A stretch of 64,000 bases of DNA from an uncultured Candidatus Rokubacteria bacterium (lineage in GTDB: Bacteria; Methylomirabilota; Methylomirabilia; Rokubacteriales; DASRDR01), in contig CAWDVE010000017.1 of NCBI GenBank assembly GCA_963805625.1, positions 608,001 to 672,000 on the forward strand. The letters are read 5' to 3'. This document shows positions 9,775 through 18,833 of this stretch, piece by piece; position 1 is the first letter of the stretch, and each line of letters begins with the position of its first letter. A program made the translations under genes and the position numbers. The notes under the pieces are model-generated. The model made no database searches and was not told the origin of the DNA. It saw only the letters and a program-made list of their open reading frames with translations.

Positions 9775-10758
9775 ATGCGCGTCCTGCGGATCCTCCCACT
9801 TGCCGGCGGCTTGCTCACCCTCGTTCTCCTGGTTCGCCACTTCGGTCTGGCATCCCTCACCGATGCCCTGACGCGGATTACGTGGTGGCAGTTCGTCCTC
9901 ATCTGCCTTGTCCACGGCGTGACCATGATCCTGGACACGCTCGGATGGCGGTACACGCTCGTTGCCGACCGTCCGCCCTTCTTCAAGCTCCTTGCAGCAC
10001 GGTGCGCGGGTCAGGCGGTCAACGTGATCACCGCGCTCGGCGGCGTCGGCGGGGAGGCGATCAAGGCCTGGCTGCTCCGCCGGGACATTCCTTACGAGGC
10101 CAGCGTGCCCTCGCTGATTCTCGCGAAGACGGCAGAGGTGGTGGGGCAGGCCATGCTTCTCGTCACGGGGATCCTGGTCGCCTGGGCGACGGGCGTCGTC
10201 GGATGGTCGCTCCTCGGCCCGATGTGCTATCTGCTCGTCGTGGAGGTGATCGGCGTGGGTGGGTTCATCCTGGCCCAGGTCGCGGGCGGCGTCGGCCGGG
10301 CCGGTCGCCTCCTCGTATGGGTGGGCGCGGGACGCGGAGCGCACCGTGTCGATGGCGCGGTCCGAAAGTTCTATCGCTCGCACTGGCGATCGCTCCTGGT
10401 CTCGGTGGGGCTCCACTTCGCGAGCTGGCTCGTCGGGACGATGGAAGTGCTGCTCATCCTCCGGAGCTTGCACGTCGGGGCATCGGTTGCGACGGCCACC
10501 GTCATCGAGGCACTCGGGACCGGGGTCCGCTTCGCGACCTTCTTCGTCCCGGCCAGCCTTGGCACGCTCGAGGGCGCCAATGCGGCCGCGTTCGCCGCCC
10601 TCGGATGGGCGGCGAGCGATGGACTCGCCTTCAGCCTCGTTCGTCGAGGTCGTCAAGCCGCGTGGATCGGCATCGGGCTCGCGGTCCTGGCAGCGATGGG
10701 GGCCGCGCGGGCGACGGAGAAGGGGTCGGTGGGACCCGAACCGGCCCGCGCCGACTGA
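9775..10758 (+). CDS. Lysylphosphatidylglycerol synthase TM / flippase-like (YbhN-like) membrane protein
   Basis: GQAVN..GGVGGEAIKAWLL, FFVPASLGTLEG motifs; many TMs. Confidence 0.8.
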   Translation: MRVLRILPLAGGLLTLVLLVRHFGLASLTDALTRITWWQFVLICLVHGVTMILDTLGWRYTLVADRPPFFKLLAARCAGQAVNVITALGGVGGEAIKAWLLRRDIPYEASVPSLILAKTAEVVGQAMLLVTGILVAWATGVVGWSLLGPMCYLLVVEVIGVGGFILAQVAGGVGRAGRLLVWVGAGRGAHRVDGAVRKFYRSHWRSLLVSVGLHFASWLVGTMEVLLILRSLHVGASVATATVIEALGTGVRFATFFVPASLGTLEGANAAAFAALGWAASDGLAFSLVRRGRQAAWIGIGLAVLAAMGAARATEKGSVGPEPARAD

Positions 10759-10772
10759 CGTACCGCCGCCCC

Positions 10773-11759
10773 TCACGCGACCAGGTCGGGAGCGAGGGGG
10801 ACCTCGGCCTCGCGCGGGCCAAGACCTCGCTCCAGGGTGGCTGCCGTCTCCGGCGACACGACGACGGGCAGCCGATGAGGCAGGATCTCGAGCTGCTCGC
10901 GCCTCGAGCCGAGACCGGACACCGACACCCGCTGACCCCGGCAGAGCAGCGTCCCGTCCGATGCTCCGGGAAGGCGCAGGTGGCGCCGGAGAAGTCTTGC
11001 GAACACCTGTCGGTGGGTCGTCCCCTTCATGACGAAGACATCGAAGAGGCCGTCGACCGGCGAGGCGTCGGGAGTGAGCGGGAGCCAGGCGCCGTAGGTC
11101 TTCACGTTGGCCACGATGACGAGGGCGGCGTCCACCGCGACCACGCGGCCGTCCACCACGACGCGTAGATGCGACGGTCGCGCCTCGCGAAGATGGCGGA
11201 GCGCAGCCCGGTAGTATGCGAGCCAGCGCTGCCACCGGGCCCGAGGCGTCGTAGCGGCCCCCTCGACCGCCTCCTGGACCTCCGCGATCAGTCCATAGCT
11301 CTGCTGACACAGGAACAGCTCGCCGTTGCGCATGCCGACGTCCGAATGGATGACCCGCCCCCGCGCCAGCAGGTCGAGCGCGCCTTCCACGCTGGCCGGG
11401 TGGTTGAACGCGCGCGCGAAGAGATTGCCGAAGCCGGACGAAACCGGCAGGAAGGGCACCGAGCGACGCATTGCCGCGAGCGCGGTAGTGCTCTGAGTCC
11501 CGTCCCCGCCGACACAGACCAGGGCCGAGAAGGCGCTGCCGTCGGTCTGTGCCCACCCGTGCAGACTGTCGAGGTCGGGAAAGACCTCGAGGCTGGTTAT
11601 CCGTCGTCGCGCTGCGAGCGCGTCGCGTAGCCGGACTGCCGTGCTCATCGCGGTGCCGTTGCCGGAGCCGGGCGTGACGACGATTTGTATCGGCTGAGAA
11701 GTCGCGGTGTGCGCGCCGCGTCTGCTCGACGTTCTGCGGATCAGCGTTTTCATTTTCAT
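10773..11759 (-). CDS. Diacylglycerol/lipid kinase family protein
   Basis: TPGSGNG, VGGDGT, GFGNLFAR, PDASPVDGLFDV motifs. Confidence 0.85.
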   Translation of the reverse strand: MKMKTLIRRTSSRRGAHTATSQPIQIVVTPGSGNGTAMSTAVRLRDALAARRRITSLEVFPDLDSLHGWAQTDGSAFSALVCVGGDGTQSTTALAAMRRSVPFLPVSSGFGNLFARAFNHPASVEGALDLLARGRVIHSDVGMRNGELFLCQQSYGLIAEVQEAVEGAATTPRARWQRWLAYYRAALRHLREARPSHLRVVVDGRVVAVDAALVIVANVKTYGAWLPLTPDASPVDGLFDVFVMKGTTHRQVFARLLRRHLRLPGASDGTLLCRGQRVSVSGLGSRREQLEILPHRLPVVVSPETAATLERGLGPREAEVPLAPDLVA

Positions 11760-11771
11760 GTGATGGAACGG

Positions 11772-11787
11772 AGCAAGGGAAGTGCCA
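11772..11787 (-). promoter_or_regulatory. sigma-54 promoter
   Basis: Minus strand TGGCACTTCCCTTGCT. Confidence 0.75.
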
Positions 11788-11870
11788 GACGCGCATTGTT
11801 GCCGTCTCCAGCAGAGACGCCTCTTTCGCTGGGTGAGGCCGGAATAATCCCCGTCAGCTCGGGGCAGGCC

Positions 11871-11900
11871 GACGGGATGTCCGCGGAGCGACAGGCTGAC
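11871..11900. promoter_or_regulatory. Palindromic upstream activator site (putative bEBP UAS)
   Basis: GACG-GGA-TGTCC-GCGGAG-CGACA-GGC-TGAC. Confidence 0.6.
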
Positions 11901-11930
11901 GCTGAGCCCTTGGAGCGACTCGAGACGCGA

Positions 11931-12671
11931 TCAGCCCGACGAGGAAACGGGTCGAATCCGAAGACTGGCTACGAGCGGCAGGTGGTCAGAAGCGACGCGC
12001 GAAAGACGGGTCCGATGAACACGCAGTGACTCGCCCCGAACGGCGTGGTCCCAATAGATGCGATCCAGCGCCCACAACGGCATGAAGGCCGGGTGGGTGA
12101 GCCGGCGCCGCAGGCTGGTGAACTCGCGCCTCAGTGCCCGGCCTACGCGACCCGGGAACCACTCGTTCAGATCACCGATCACGACTCGCGGGCCCGTGCG
12201 GTCGTTCCACAGGATGTGGCGCTCGACCAGCCACTTCACCTGCGCGGCGCGCTCGTGCCCCCTGAGGCCGAGGTGGACGTTGAAGATGTGGAGGGTCTGC
12301 TCCCGGAATCCCAGGTCGACTCGAATTCCGCCTCGAGCCTCGCGCGTCCGCACGGAGAGGTCGAACGTGGCCACGCCCTGGAGCGGCAGACGCGTGAGGA
12401 TGGCGTTGCCGTACGCGCCGTCCGCGCGATGAACGGTGACCCCGGTAACGAACTGCATGCCCAGGTCGCGGGCCAGATGCTCGGCTTGCGCCTCGTAGAT
12501 CTCCTGGACGCCGACGACGTCGGCGTCCAGTTCCCGCACGACCTCAGCAATGCGCCGGAGGCTGACTCGCCCGTCGAGGCCTCGAGCCCGGTGGATGTTG
12601 TACGTTGCCACCCGCACCACGTCGCGAGTGCGGCCGCGTGAGGTGATGTCGGCGGCTGTCGGCCCTGTCAT
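11931..12671 (-). CDS. Endonuclease/exonuclease/phosphatase family (YbhP-like)
   Basis: ATYNIH, VGVQE, NVHLGL, GDLNEW, LDRIY, SDHLP motifs. Confidence 0.88.
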   Translation of the reverse strand: MTGPTAADITSRGRTRDVVRVATYNIHRARGLDGRVSLRRIAEVVRELDADVVGVQEIYEAQAEHLARDLGMQFVTGVTVHRADGAYGNAILTRLPLQGVATFDLSVRTREARGGIRVDLGFREQTLHIFNVHLGLRGHERAAQVKWLVERHILWNDRTGPRVVIGDLNEWFPGRVGRALRREFTSLRRRLTHPAFMPLWALDRIYWDHAVRGESLRVHRTRLSRVASDHLPLVASLRIRPVSSSG

Positions 12672-12733
12672 CAGAGTCTCCGGTTCAAGAATAGGGGGAA
12701 GGAGATGGCTCGGCAACGACTGGCCCGCTGGGC

Positions 12734-12763
12734 GTCAGGGTGTCGTCACCGCGACACGGCGTC
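12734..12763. promoter_or_regulatory. Palindromic upstream activator site
   Basis: GTCA-GGG-TGTCG-TCACCG-CGACA-CGG-CGTC. Confidence 0.65.
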
Positions 12764-12841
12764 GCGGTCGCGCGAGGCGTCGAAGCCAGGCCGAGCGGCA
12801 GGTAATTCCAGCTGCCCATGTGTGCAGCGAATTCGAGGGCA

Positions 12842-12857
12842 TGGCATGCGCCTTGCG
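12842..12857 (+). promoter_or_regulatory. sigma-54 promoter
   Basis: TGGCATGCGCCTTGCG. Confidence 0.7.
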
Positions 12858-12869
12858 GATACCGCCGGC

Positions 12870-13154
12870 ATGACTCGTATGAGGTCACATCTAACAGCGC
12901 AGGGCCAGTCCTTCCTCCGCATCCTGGAGCGTCCTACGGCGCCGCCGGAAGCCCGGGTAGCTGCGGCGGTCTCGCCTCAGGCCGTCGCGCGCCGGAAGAG
13001 ACCGGCATCCCCACGCACGGGACTCCTTCGCCTGGCGCCCCGTCTCTCAGTCGTGACGGGCAACCGTCGGGAACCGGACTGGCGGGTGATCGCGGGCGGT
13101 ATCGGCGCCGCGGTCGCCGACAGCGACGTCGAGGACGCCCCGTGGAGCGCGTGA
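12870..13154 (+). CDS. Hypothetical protein (possibly leaderless)
   Basis: ATG 14 nt after -12 C; stop overlaps next ATG (TGATG). Confidence 0.4.
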   Translation: MTRMRSHLTAQGQSFLRILERPTAPPEARVAAAVSPQAVARRKRPASPRTGLLRLAPRLSVVTGNRREPDWRVIAGGIGAAVADSDVEDAPWSA

Positions 13155-13588
13155 TGCGGAACCAGAGCACCATCGTGAGGATCGGAGGACGGCCATGCGG
13201 ACCTGGCACGCTCCTGGTGACCGTTCTTGCCGTGACCCTGCTCGGAGCCTGTGCGGCCCAGCCCATCGTTACAACCCCGCGAACCTACCAGGGCGCGGGT
13301 GCCGGGGCGGCCGTCGGCGCCGGGGCCGGGGTGCTGATCGACAAGGACAATCGCTGGCGCGGTGCCGCGCTGGGCGCCGCCCTCGGAGGGAGCCTCACCG
13401 AGATGTCCTCGCGCGCCGCGCGGGAGTCCGTGAGCACGAACCAGCCGGTTGCCTACCAGTCGACGGATTGGTGGCAGCGAGTCGAGGCGGTTCCGCAGAC
13501 GCAGAATGCCCGCGGCTGCCGGCAGGTTCACGAGCGCGTGTATCAGGACAACCAGCTCGTCCGCGAGCAAATCCGAGAGGTGTGCTAG
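13154..13588 (+). CDS. Glycine-zipper outer-membrane lipoprotein
   Basis: Lipobox LLGAC; GAGAGAAVGAGAG and GAALGAALGG zippers. Confidence 0.75.
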   Translation: MRNQSTIVRIGGRPCGPGTLLVTVLAVTLLGACAAQPIVTTPRTYQGAGAGAAVGAGAGVLIDKDNRWRGAALGAALGGSLTEMSSRAARESVSTNQPVAYQSTDWWQRVEAVPQTQNARGCRQVHERVYQDNQLVREQIREVC

Positions 13589-13600
13589 GGCGGAGCCCGC

Positions 13601-14062
13601 GTGAGACACGGGTCATGGATCGTCGCCGCCCGGCGCCGCGTGTGGACCGCGCAGGTCGGGCTCCTAGTCGTGGCCCTGGGGGTCTGGGGCTGCGCCACGG
13701 TGAAGACGCCGGTGCCTCGTCCGGCGTTCGACGCGCGGCGGGTGGACGATCGATCCCCGGGCCCGGGTCGCTCTGAGATGGGCCTCGCCTCCTGGTACGG
13801 CGAGCCGCATCACGGTCAGTCCACTGCCTCGGGGGAGATCTTCGACATGACGCAGCTCACGGCGGCGCACCGCACGCTGCCGCTCGGCACGTGTCTACGG
13901 GTCGTGAATCTCGAGAATGGGCGAATCGTCCGAGTACGGGTGAACGACCGAGGGCCGTACGTGGCCGGCCGGGTCCTCGACCTGAGCCGGGAGGCTGCCC
14001 GCGCCCTCGACATGGTGGAGCGTGGTGTGGTGCCCGTCAAGCTGGAGATCATCCGTGAATGA
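13601..14062 (+). CDS. rlpA: Septal ring lytic transglycosylase RlpA family lipoprotein
   Basis: GLASWYG, TASGE, TAAHRTLPLG, VRVNDRGPY, LDLS motifs. Confidence 0.9.
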   Translation: MRHGSWIVAARRRVWTAQVGLLVVALGVWGCATVKTPVPRPAFDARRVDDRSPGPGRSEMGLASWYGEPHHGQSTASGEIFDMTQLTAAHRTLPLGTCLRVVNLENGRIVRVRVNDRGPYVAGRVLDLSREAARALDMVERGVVPVKLEIIRE

Positions 14063-14137
14063 CATTGCTCAGCGCCGGGACGCGCGGGTGACGCCAGGTC
14101 GACCCGCAGTCGCGGCGCGTGCAGGGGGGATGGGGAC

Positions 14138-14767
14138 ATGAAACCTAGAATGTGGGCGTACGCACTGGCGTTCACCGCGAGCCTGACCGTTCTCGTCGAC
14201 ACCGTCGAAGCGGGCGTCCCGACGGATCAGCTTCGGGGCGCGACCGATCGGGTGCTGAAGGTGCTCCAGGACCCGGAGCTCAAGCAGCCGGCCAAGCGGG
14301 AGGCGCGGCGCCAGCAGATCCGCGCCATCGCCGACGAGATCTTCGACTGGCAGGAGACGGGCAAGCGGGCCCTCGCCCGCCACTGGCAGGGCCGGAACCC
14401 GAACGAGCGCGAGGAGTTCGCCGCGCTCTTCTCGGACCTCATCGAGCGCTCCTACATCTCGAAGATCGAGCAGTATTCCGGCGAGCGCGTCGTCTATGCC
14501 GGCGAAACGGTGGAGGGCGAGCAGGCAACGGTCAAGACCAAGCTGGTCACGAAGTCGAACACGGAGATTCCCATCGAGTATCGGATGCAGAAGGAAGGCG
14601 ACCGCTGGCGCGCCTACGACGTCGTGATCGAGGGCGTCAGCCTCGTGTCGAACTACCGGACGCAGTTTAACCGGATCATCCAGCAGTCTGGATATGGCGA
14701 GCTGGTGAACAAGCTCAAGACCAAGAAGGAGGAGCTTCAGTTCGAGACCGGCCAGACCAAGGGATGA
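14138..14767 (+). CDS. mlaC: MlaC/Ttg2D phospholipid-binding ABC substrate-binding protein
   Basis: Signal peptide; YDVVIEGVSLVSNYRTQF motif. Confidence 0.88.
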   Translation: MKPRMWAYALAFTASLTVLVDTVEAGVPTDQLRGATDRVLKVLQDPELKQPAKREARRQQIRAIADEIFDWQETGKRALARHWQGRNPNEREEFAALFSDLIERSYISKIEQYSGERVVYAGETVEGEQATVKTKLVTKSNTEIPIEYRMQKEGDRWRAYDVVIEGVSLVSNYRTQFNRIIQQSGYGELVNKLKTKKEELQFETGQTKG

Positions 14768-14846
14768 CGGCCACGACGAAGCCGCCCGCAGCGATCGCTC
14801 GGTGTCGCGCGGCCCGAAGGAGGCAGGCATGCGTACGAACCAATAA

Positions 14847-15116
14847 TTGATGCGAATGACCCGGCTCACCACCGTGGCGCTCGGTGCGGGACTCGGTGTG
14901 GGAATGGCCGTCGCGGTCGCCTGGGGCGGTGAGCAGTGGGGCACGGTCAAGAGCGTCGATCAGAGCCAAGACCGGATCGTGCTGAACGACGGAACCCAGT
15001 TCTGGCTGATGCCAGGGCTGTCTCTCGATCTCCTCGCTCAGGGCAAGCGTGTCAAGGTCGTCTACGACGAGCGCGAGGGCAAGAAGTGGATCCGCAGCGT
15101 CGAGGCGACGAACTGA
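14847..15116 (+). CDS. Small secreted OB-fold protein (DUF1344-like)
   Basis: Signal peptide; GTVKSVD..IVLNDGT..GKRVKVVYDE; paralog at 60434. Confidence 0.65.
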   Translation: MMRMTRLTTVALGAGLGVGMAVAVAWGGEQWGTVKSVDQSQDRIVLNDGTQFWLMPGLSLDLLAQGKRVKVVYDEREGKKWIRSVEATN

Positions 15117-15253
15117 CATGCGGTCTCCCCGCCGTCCGGTCTCCCGGGACCGCCGACGTCCGGCCGGCTGGCGACCGGCTTCGAGGTTCGATCGGCCGGT
15201 CGGCCGGAGCCTCCGGTGAAGGGTCTCCTGCACGCCGGCTCGTCGTGACCAGT

Positions 15254-15283
15254 GCCGTGGTGTCGGGAAGGCGACAAGTTGTC
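15254..15283. promoter_or_regulatory. Palindromic upstream activator site
   Basis: GCCG-TGG-TGTCG-GGAAGG-CGACA-AGT-TGTC. Confidence 0.6.
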
Positions 15284-15318
15284 GTGAGGCGGGGCAGGAG
15301 CCGTTCTCGGGGGACCCC

Positions 15319-15334
15319 CGGCATCGCGCTTGCT
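15319..15334 (+). promoter_or_regulatory. sigma-54 promoter
   Basis: CGGCATCGCGCTTGCT. Confidence 0.65.
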
Positions 15335-15349
15335 ACTCCTCCGGGTAGG

Positions 15350-15775
15350 ATGCGCACGCCTATTCAGCTCGTCCGGCAGTACACACCCATTCTGAAGGCC
15401 CCGACGGGAGAGACCTTTGTCGCCCGGGCTTACATGGACCGGCAGCCCGGCGGTCTCTGGGAGGCCTGGCTGGTGTTCTTCTCGCTCACCACTGGAGCCG
15501 CCCTCGCCACCGATCGCGAGACGACCCAGGGAAAGCGCGAGCACGTGCTCTACTGGGCGACCGGGCTGAGTCCGACCTATCTACAGGGCGCCCTCGAGCG
15601 GGCGTTCGAGCTCCAGCCCGAGGCGCAGCTCGCCCGGCGAGCTGCGCGCGCGGAACGCCAGGAAGCGTACGCTCTCCTCGAGGCCGAGATCTACGCCGCA
15701 GCGGCGACCAGCGCTCTGCGTAAGGCTGCCGCCGCCCGCGACCGTATCTCGAGAGGTCAGGTGAGCCCCGGGTAG
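15350..15775 (+). CDS. Conserved-looking hypothetical protein
   Basis: Globular-looking sequence (GLWEAWLVF..TDRETTQ..YWATGLSPTYLQGALERA) directly after sigma-54 site. Confidence 0.65.
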   Translation: MRTPIQLVRQYTPILKAPTGETFVARAYMDRQPGGLWEAWLVFFSLTTGAALATDRETTQGKREHVLYWATGLSPTYLQGALERAFELQPEAQLARRAARAERQEAYALLEAEIYAAAATSALRKAAAARDRISRGQVSPG

Positions 15776-15848
15776 GCGTTCGAGTGTGACCGCAGCGAGC
15801 GCGAGACGGCGAGACGGTAAGATCGCGCGGGTCTTTCGAGCTCGGATC

Positions 15849-16801
15849 ATGCAGGAAGAGGTGTTTCGGTGTGAGACGATATCGTCCATGATCGGCGGCG
15901 CGCCGTCCGCCACCGGCAACTGCGCGACCTGGGAAAGCGTGCTCGAGGCGCCCGCCGAGGGGCAGCACGTCGCGCAGCTCTACACCGAGCCGGATTTCCT
16001 CGTGCGCGCGGTGTGTCGGTTCGTCGTGGCGGGGCTTCGCCAAGGCGAGGCCGTGCTCCTGCTGATTAGGGCCACCCACCGGCCGGCGATCGTGAGGCAC
16101 CTCGAGGCCGACGGGTTCGTGATCGACGATCTCTCGCATCGCGGTCAGTTGACGATCCTCGACGCCACCCGGACCTTGACCGAGCTGCTTGTCCATGGGC
16201 GGCCGGAGCGCGCGCGCGTCCAGGCGGTGGTCGGCGGGGCGGTCGAGGCCCGCATGGCCGCGGGGTACACGCGGTTTCGCGCGTTCGGGGAGATGGTGGA
16301 CATCCTCCGTCGGGCGAGCCTCACGATGGCGCTCCAGCTCGAGGGGTTGTGGACCGAGCTGGTGACCGCGCGCCGGATCGCGCTCCTCTGTGGCTATTCC
16401 ATCGACACACCTTCAATCCGGAAGCCTACCGGGGGCTTCTCCAGCGTGTCAGCGCCGCGCACCCGCACGTCGTTCCCGTCGAGGACTATGCGCGGCTCGA
16501 CCACGCCGTGGAGTCGGCCTACCTGGAAGTCTTCGGTGTTGGGCGGGACGCAGGGTTTCTCCGCCGAACGTTCATCGCCAACTATCCGAGACCGGTGACG
16601 ATGCCCGACGCCCAGGCGGCGATCCTGGCCGCGCAGGAGTTCGTTCCGGAGGCCGCGGTCGCGCTCCTCGATCGGATCCGCCACCACTACCACGGCCCCC
16701 CGACGGCGGCCTCCGGGAGGCCGTCGGCGGACGGGCCGCCGGGGCTCGTCAGGTCAAGCGACCTAGCGGGCCGAGGTCGAGATTCAGATCGTCGGGGGTG
16801 A
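15849..16801 (+). CDS. MEDS-domain sensor protein (frameshift near 16405)
   Basis: HVAQLY, GLRQGEAV, RAFGEMVDIL, LEGLW, LLCGY; continuation FNPEAY..HPHVVP in another frame. Confidence 0.7.
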
Positions 16802-17141
16802 GCCCGAACCGGCGTGTCAGCGCGCGGATGGCCTGCTCGAGCCTGAGCAACGCCAGCCCCACGGCCTCGGTCTCCTCGGGTGTCAACGTGCCCTCGTCGA
16901 CCCGCCGGAGGGCCTGGCGCTCGAGGAGCTGGCGTAGGAAGTCGACAAGCGTCAAGACCAGCTGCGCCATCGAGCGCTGCACGTCGTCGGGGTTGGCGTT
17001 CCAGCGCGCAGGCGCGGTGGCGCGGCGCCGCTGGCGCAGCTCCGACCGGAGCGCCCGAAGCTCCTTCGCGCGCACGGTCTTCACAGTCATCCGGCGCCGC
17101 TTCACGGCCACGCGTCGCCCCCGAATGCGTACGGTGGCCAC
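16749..17141 (-). CDS. gvpK: Gas vesicle protein K
   Basis: LVLTLVDFLRQLLERQALRRVDEGTLT..DLNLDLGPLG; start uncertain. Confidence 0.92.
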   Translation of the reverse strand: MATVRIRGRRVAVKRRRMTVKTVRAKELRALRSELRQRRRATAPARWNANPDDVQRSMAQLVLTLVDFLRQLLERQALRRVDEGTLTPEETEAVGLALLRLEQAIRALTRRFGLTPDDLNLDLGPLGRLT

Positions 17142-17794
17142 GGGCCGCTGACAGTGAGACGGAGCGGCGCGAGCTGGCTGGCGGCGCGGGTCACGCGCGT
17201 CCGGTATTGCGCTCTCCGGTCGCGCGACACCAGATGGTAGACGCTGGCGAGGAGCGGCGGGGTGGCATGGCGCTGGACCCGCTCGTCGGCGACGAGGTCA
17301 TCGAGTAGCGCGCGAATCGGATCTAGCTCGGGCACCGTCGCCGCGTGATGAAGGCGCTTGCGCTCGGCGAGGTAACGCGTGCCAGGACCGGGCCGGCCCC
17401 CCGCGGTCTTTCCGACTACGGGGGGGTAAGGCTGGGACGCTTCGCGGGGACCGAAGACGCGGAGGGTCATCTGCTCGTGCCCACGCACTTGGGCCAGCCT
17501 CCCCGCAAGCTCGAGGGCGCGCGGAGCCAGCAGGCGCGCGGCCGCATCCTCGTCGGACGCCACGGAACCGAAGCGCATCGGCAATATGGCGTCGACCGCG
17601 GCGGCGATGCGGCGGACGATGGCGTCGTGGCGCCGCAGAGTCGCGGGCGATGCCGCGGGTGGGGTGTCCATCCGGCCCATGACCACGTGGAAGCCTCGGC
17701 CCGGCAGGACCTCCAAACGCTCTCGGCGGAGCCCGCGGCCCGGGTCGCTCCGCAGCGAGTCGCCGACCAGGGCGTAGAGGTAGAGGACGGTCAC
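17102..17794 (-). CDS. GvpL/GvpF family gas vesicle protein
   Basis: LYLYAL, ILPMRFG, SGPWPPYAF; GTG overlaps upstream stop. Confidence 0.88.
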   Translation of the reverse strand: MTVLYLYALVGDSLRSDPGRGLRRERLEVLPGRGFHVVMGRMDTPPAASPATLRRHDAIVRRIAAAVDAILPMRFGSVASDEDAAARLLAPRALELAGRLAQVRGHEQMTLRVFGPREASQPYPPVVGKTAGGRPGPGTRYLAERKRLHHAATVPELDPIRALLDDLVADERVQRHATPPLLASVYHLVSRDRRAQYRTRVTRAASQLAPLRLTVSGPWPPYAFGGDAWP

Positions 17795-18036
17795 TTCCGG
17801 CCCTGCCGCGGCGTGACCCGATCGGCGGCGCACAGGAGCACCGATAGTCGCAGATAGACGAGGTTGACGTCGGCCAGGGCGAGCACGACGTCTCCCGACA
17901 CCACCACACCCTTGGTGAGGACGTGGTCCACGATGTCGAGGAGCGACGCGTCGGAATCCGGCGCCCGCGCGCGGGACCGCCGTGTCCGCCGCCGCCCGGT
18001 CAGAGACGCCCGGCGACGAAGCTGTACGGAGGCCAT
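17791..18036 (-). CDS. gvpS: GvpA/J/S family gas vesicle protein (GvpS-like)
   Basis: SLLDIVDHVLTKGVVVSGDVVLALADVNLVYLRLSVLL. Confidence 0.85.
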   Translation of the reverse strand: MASVQLRRRASLTGRRRTRRSRARAPDSDASLLDIVDHVLTKGVVVSGDVVLALADVNLVYLRLSVLLCAADRVTPRQGRK

Positions 18037-18833
18037 GGGCCCGTTAGCCGGACGTGGAGCCCCTTGTCCGCCGCCTGTGCCGCCTGCGCCCGGACCGCCT
18101 GTCGGAACAGCGCGGCTCGCCCGGTTGGCACCAGGTAAGCTGCGTCGAGGAGCAAGGCCGGCCTGTCGTCCACCGCTATCGGGGGGCGCTGGCGGGCGGC
18201 GTCGGCGTGTCGGGCGAGCGCCCGGTGAAGCGAGGTCGCCGCCGCTCGCGCCCCGCCGGTGAGGCCGCGCGCCGTTTCGCGCTGGCGGCGACGAAGTTCA
18301 AGGAACCGAGTTCCGGGGCTCAGCCCGGCCGTCTCTCGCCGCGCCACCGCGCGCGCGCGTCGCGCCGAAGCCCCGCCTCCTGTCTCGAGCCGCGCCTGGA
18401 CCCCCCACTCCGTCCGGCCGGCCACGCTGGTCAAGCGCCGCGCGATGGCGACGCGGCGCCGGCGCACCTGGGCGAGCGCACGCCCGTCGCTCGAGAAGAG
18501 GGTCAGGAGCCGGAGAGGGAGGACAGCATGCCGCCGCGCACAGTGGGTGACGACTGCCGAATGGGCGACCGCGCATCTCGACACCGCGTCGAGGTCGCGG
18601 ACGACCCGCGCCAGCGCGGCCTCCCCGTATCGGGAAACCGGCGCGTCGGCGACGATCAGCCAGAGCGCCTGCCCGGCGGCCAGCGCCCGGAGCTTCCCCG
18701 TGCCCGGGAGCCCCCCAGCGCCTCGGAGATCCGGTGGCCGGGCGCTCCGCACGACGCAGTAGACGTACGTGGCCGCCTGTGCCGCCGCGGCGGGGCGGCC
18801 CGGCTTCGTCGAGGCCTTTCGCGCGCCTGTCAC
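18000..18833 (-). CDS. GvpL/GvpF family gas vesicle protein
   Basis: TYVYCVV, VLPLRL, EWGV, LDAAYLV, TGPWPPYSF; GTG overlaps ATPase stop. Confidence 0.88.
   Translation of the reverse strand: MTGARKASTKPGRPAAAAQAATYVYCVVRSARPPDLRGAGGLPGTGKLRALAAGQALWLIVADAPVSRYGEAALARVVRDLDAVSRCAVAHSAVVTHCARRHAVLPLRLLTLFSSDGRALAQVRRRRVAIARRLTSVAGRTEWGVQARLETGGGASARRARAVARRETAGLSPGTRFLELRRRQRETARGLTGGARAAATSLHRALARHADAARQRPPIAVDDRPALLLDAAYLVPTGRAALFRQAVRAQAAQAADKGLHVRLTGPWPPYSFVAGRL

Noticed and set aside
7873-11796. 1307-aa ORF on the minus strand
   Set aside because: Mostly an alternative-frame or antisense shadow of PAP2, flippase and DAG kinase in high-GC DNA; only the last ~340 aa look like a real protein.
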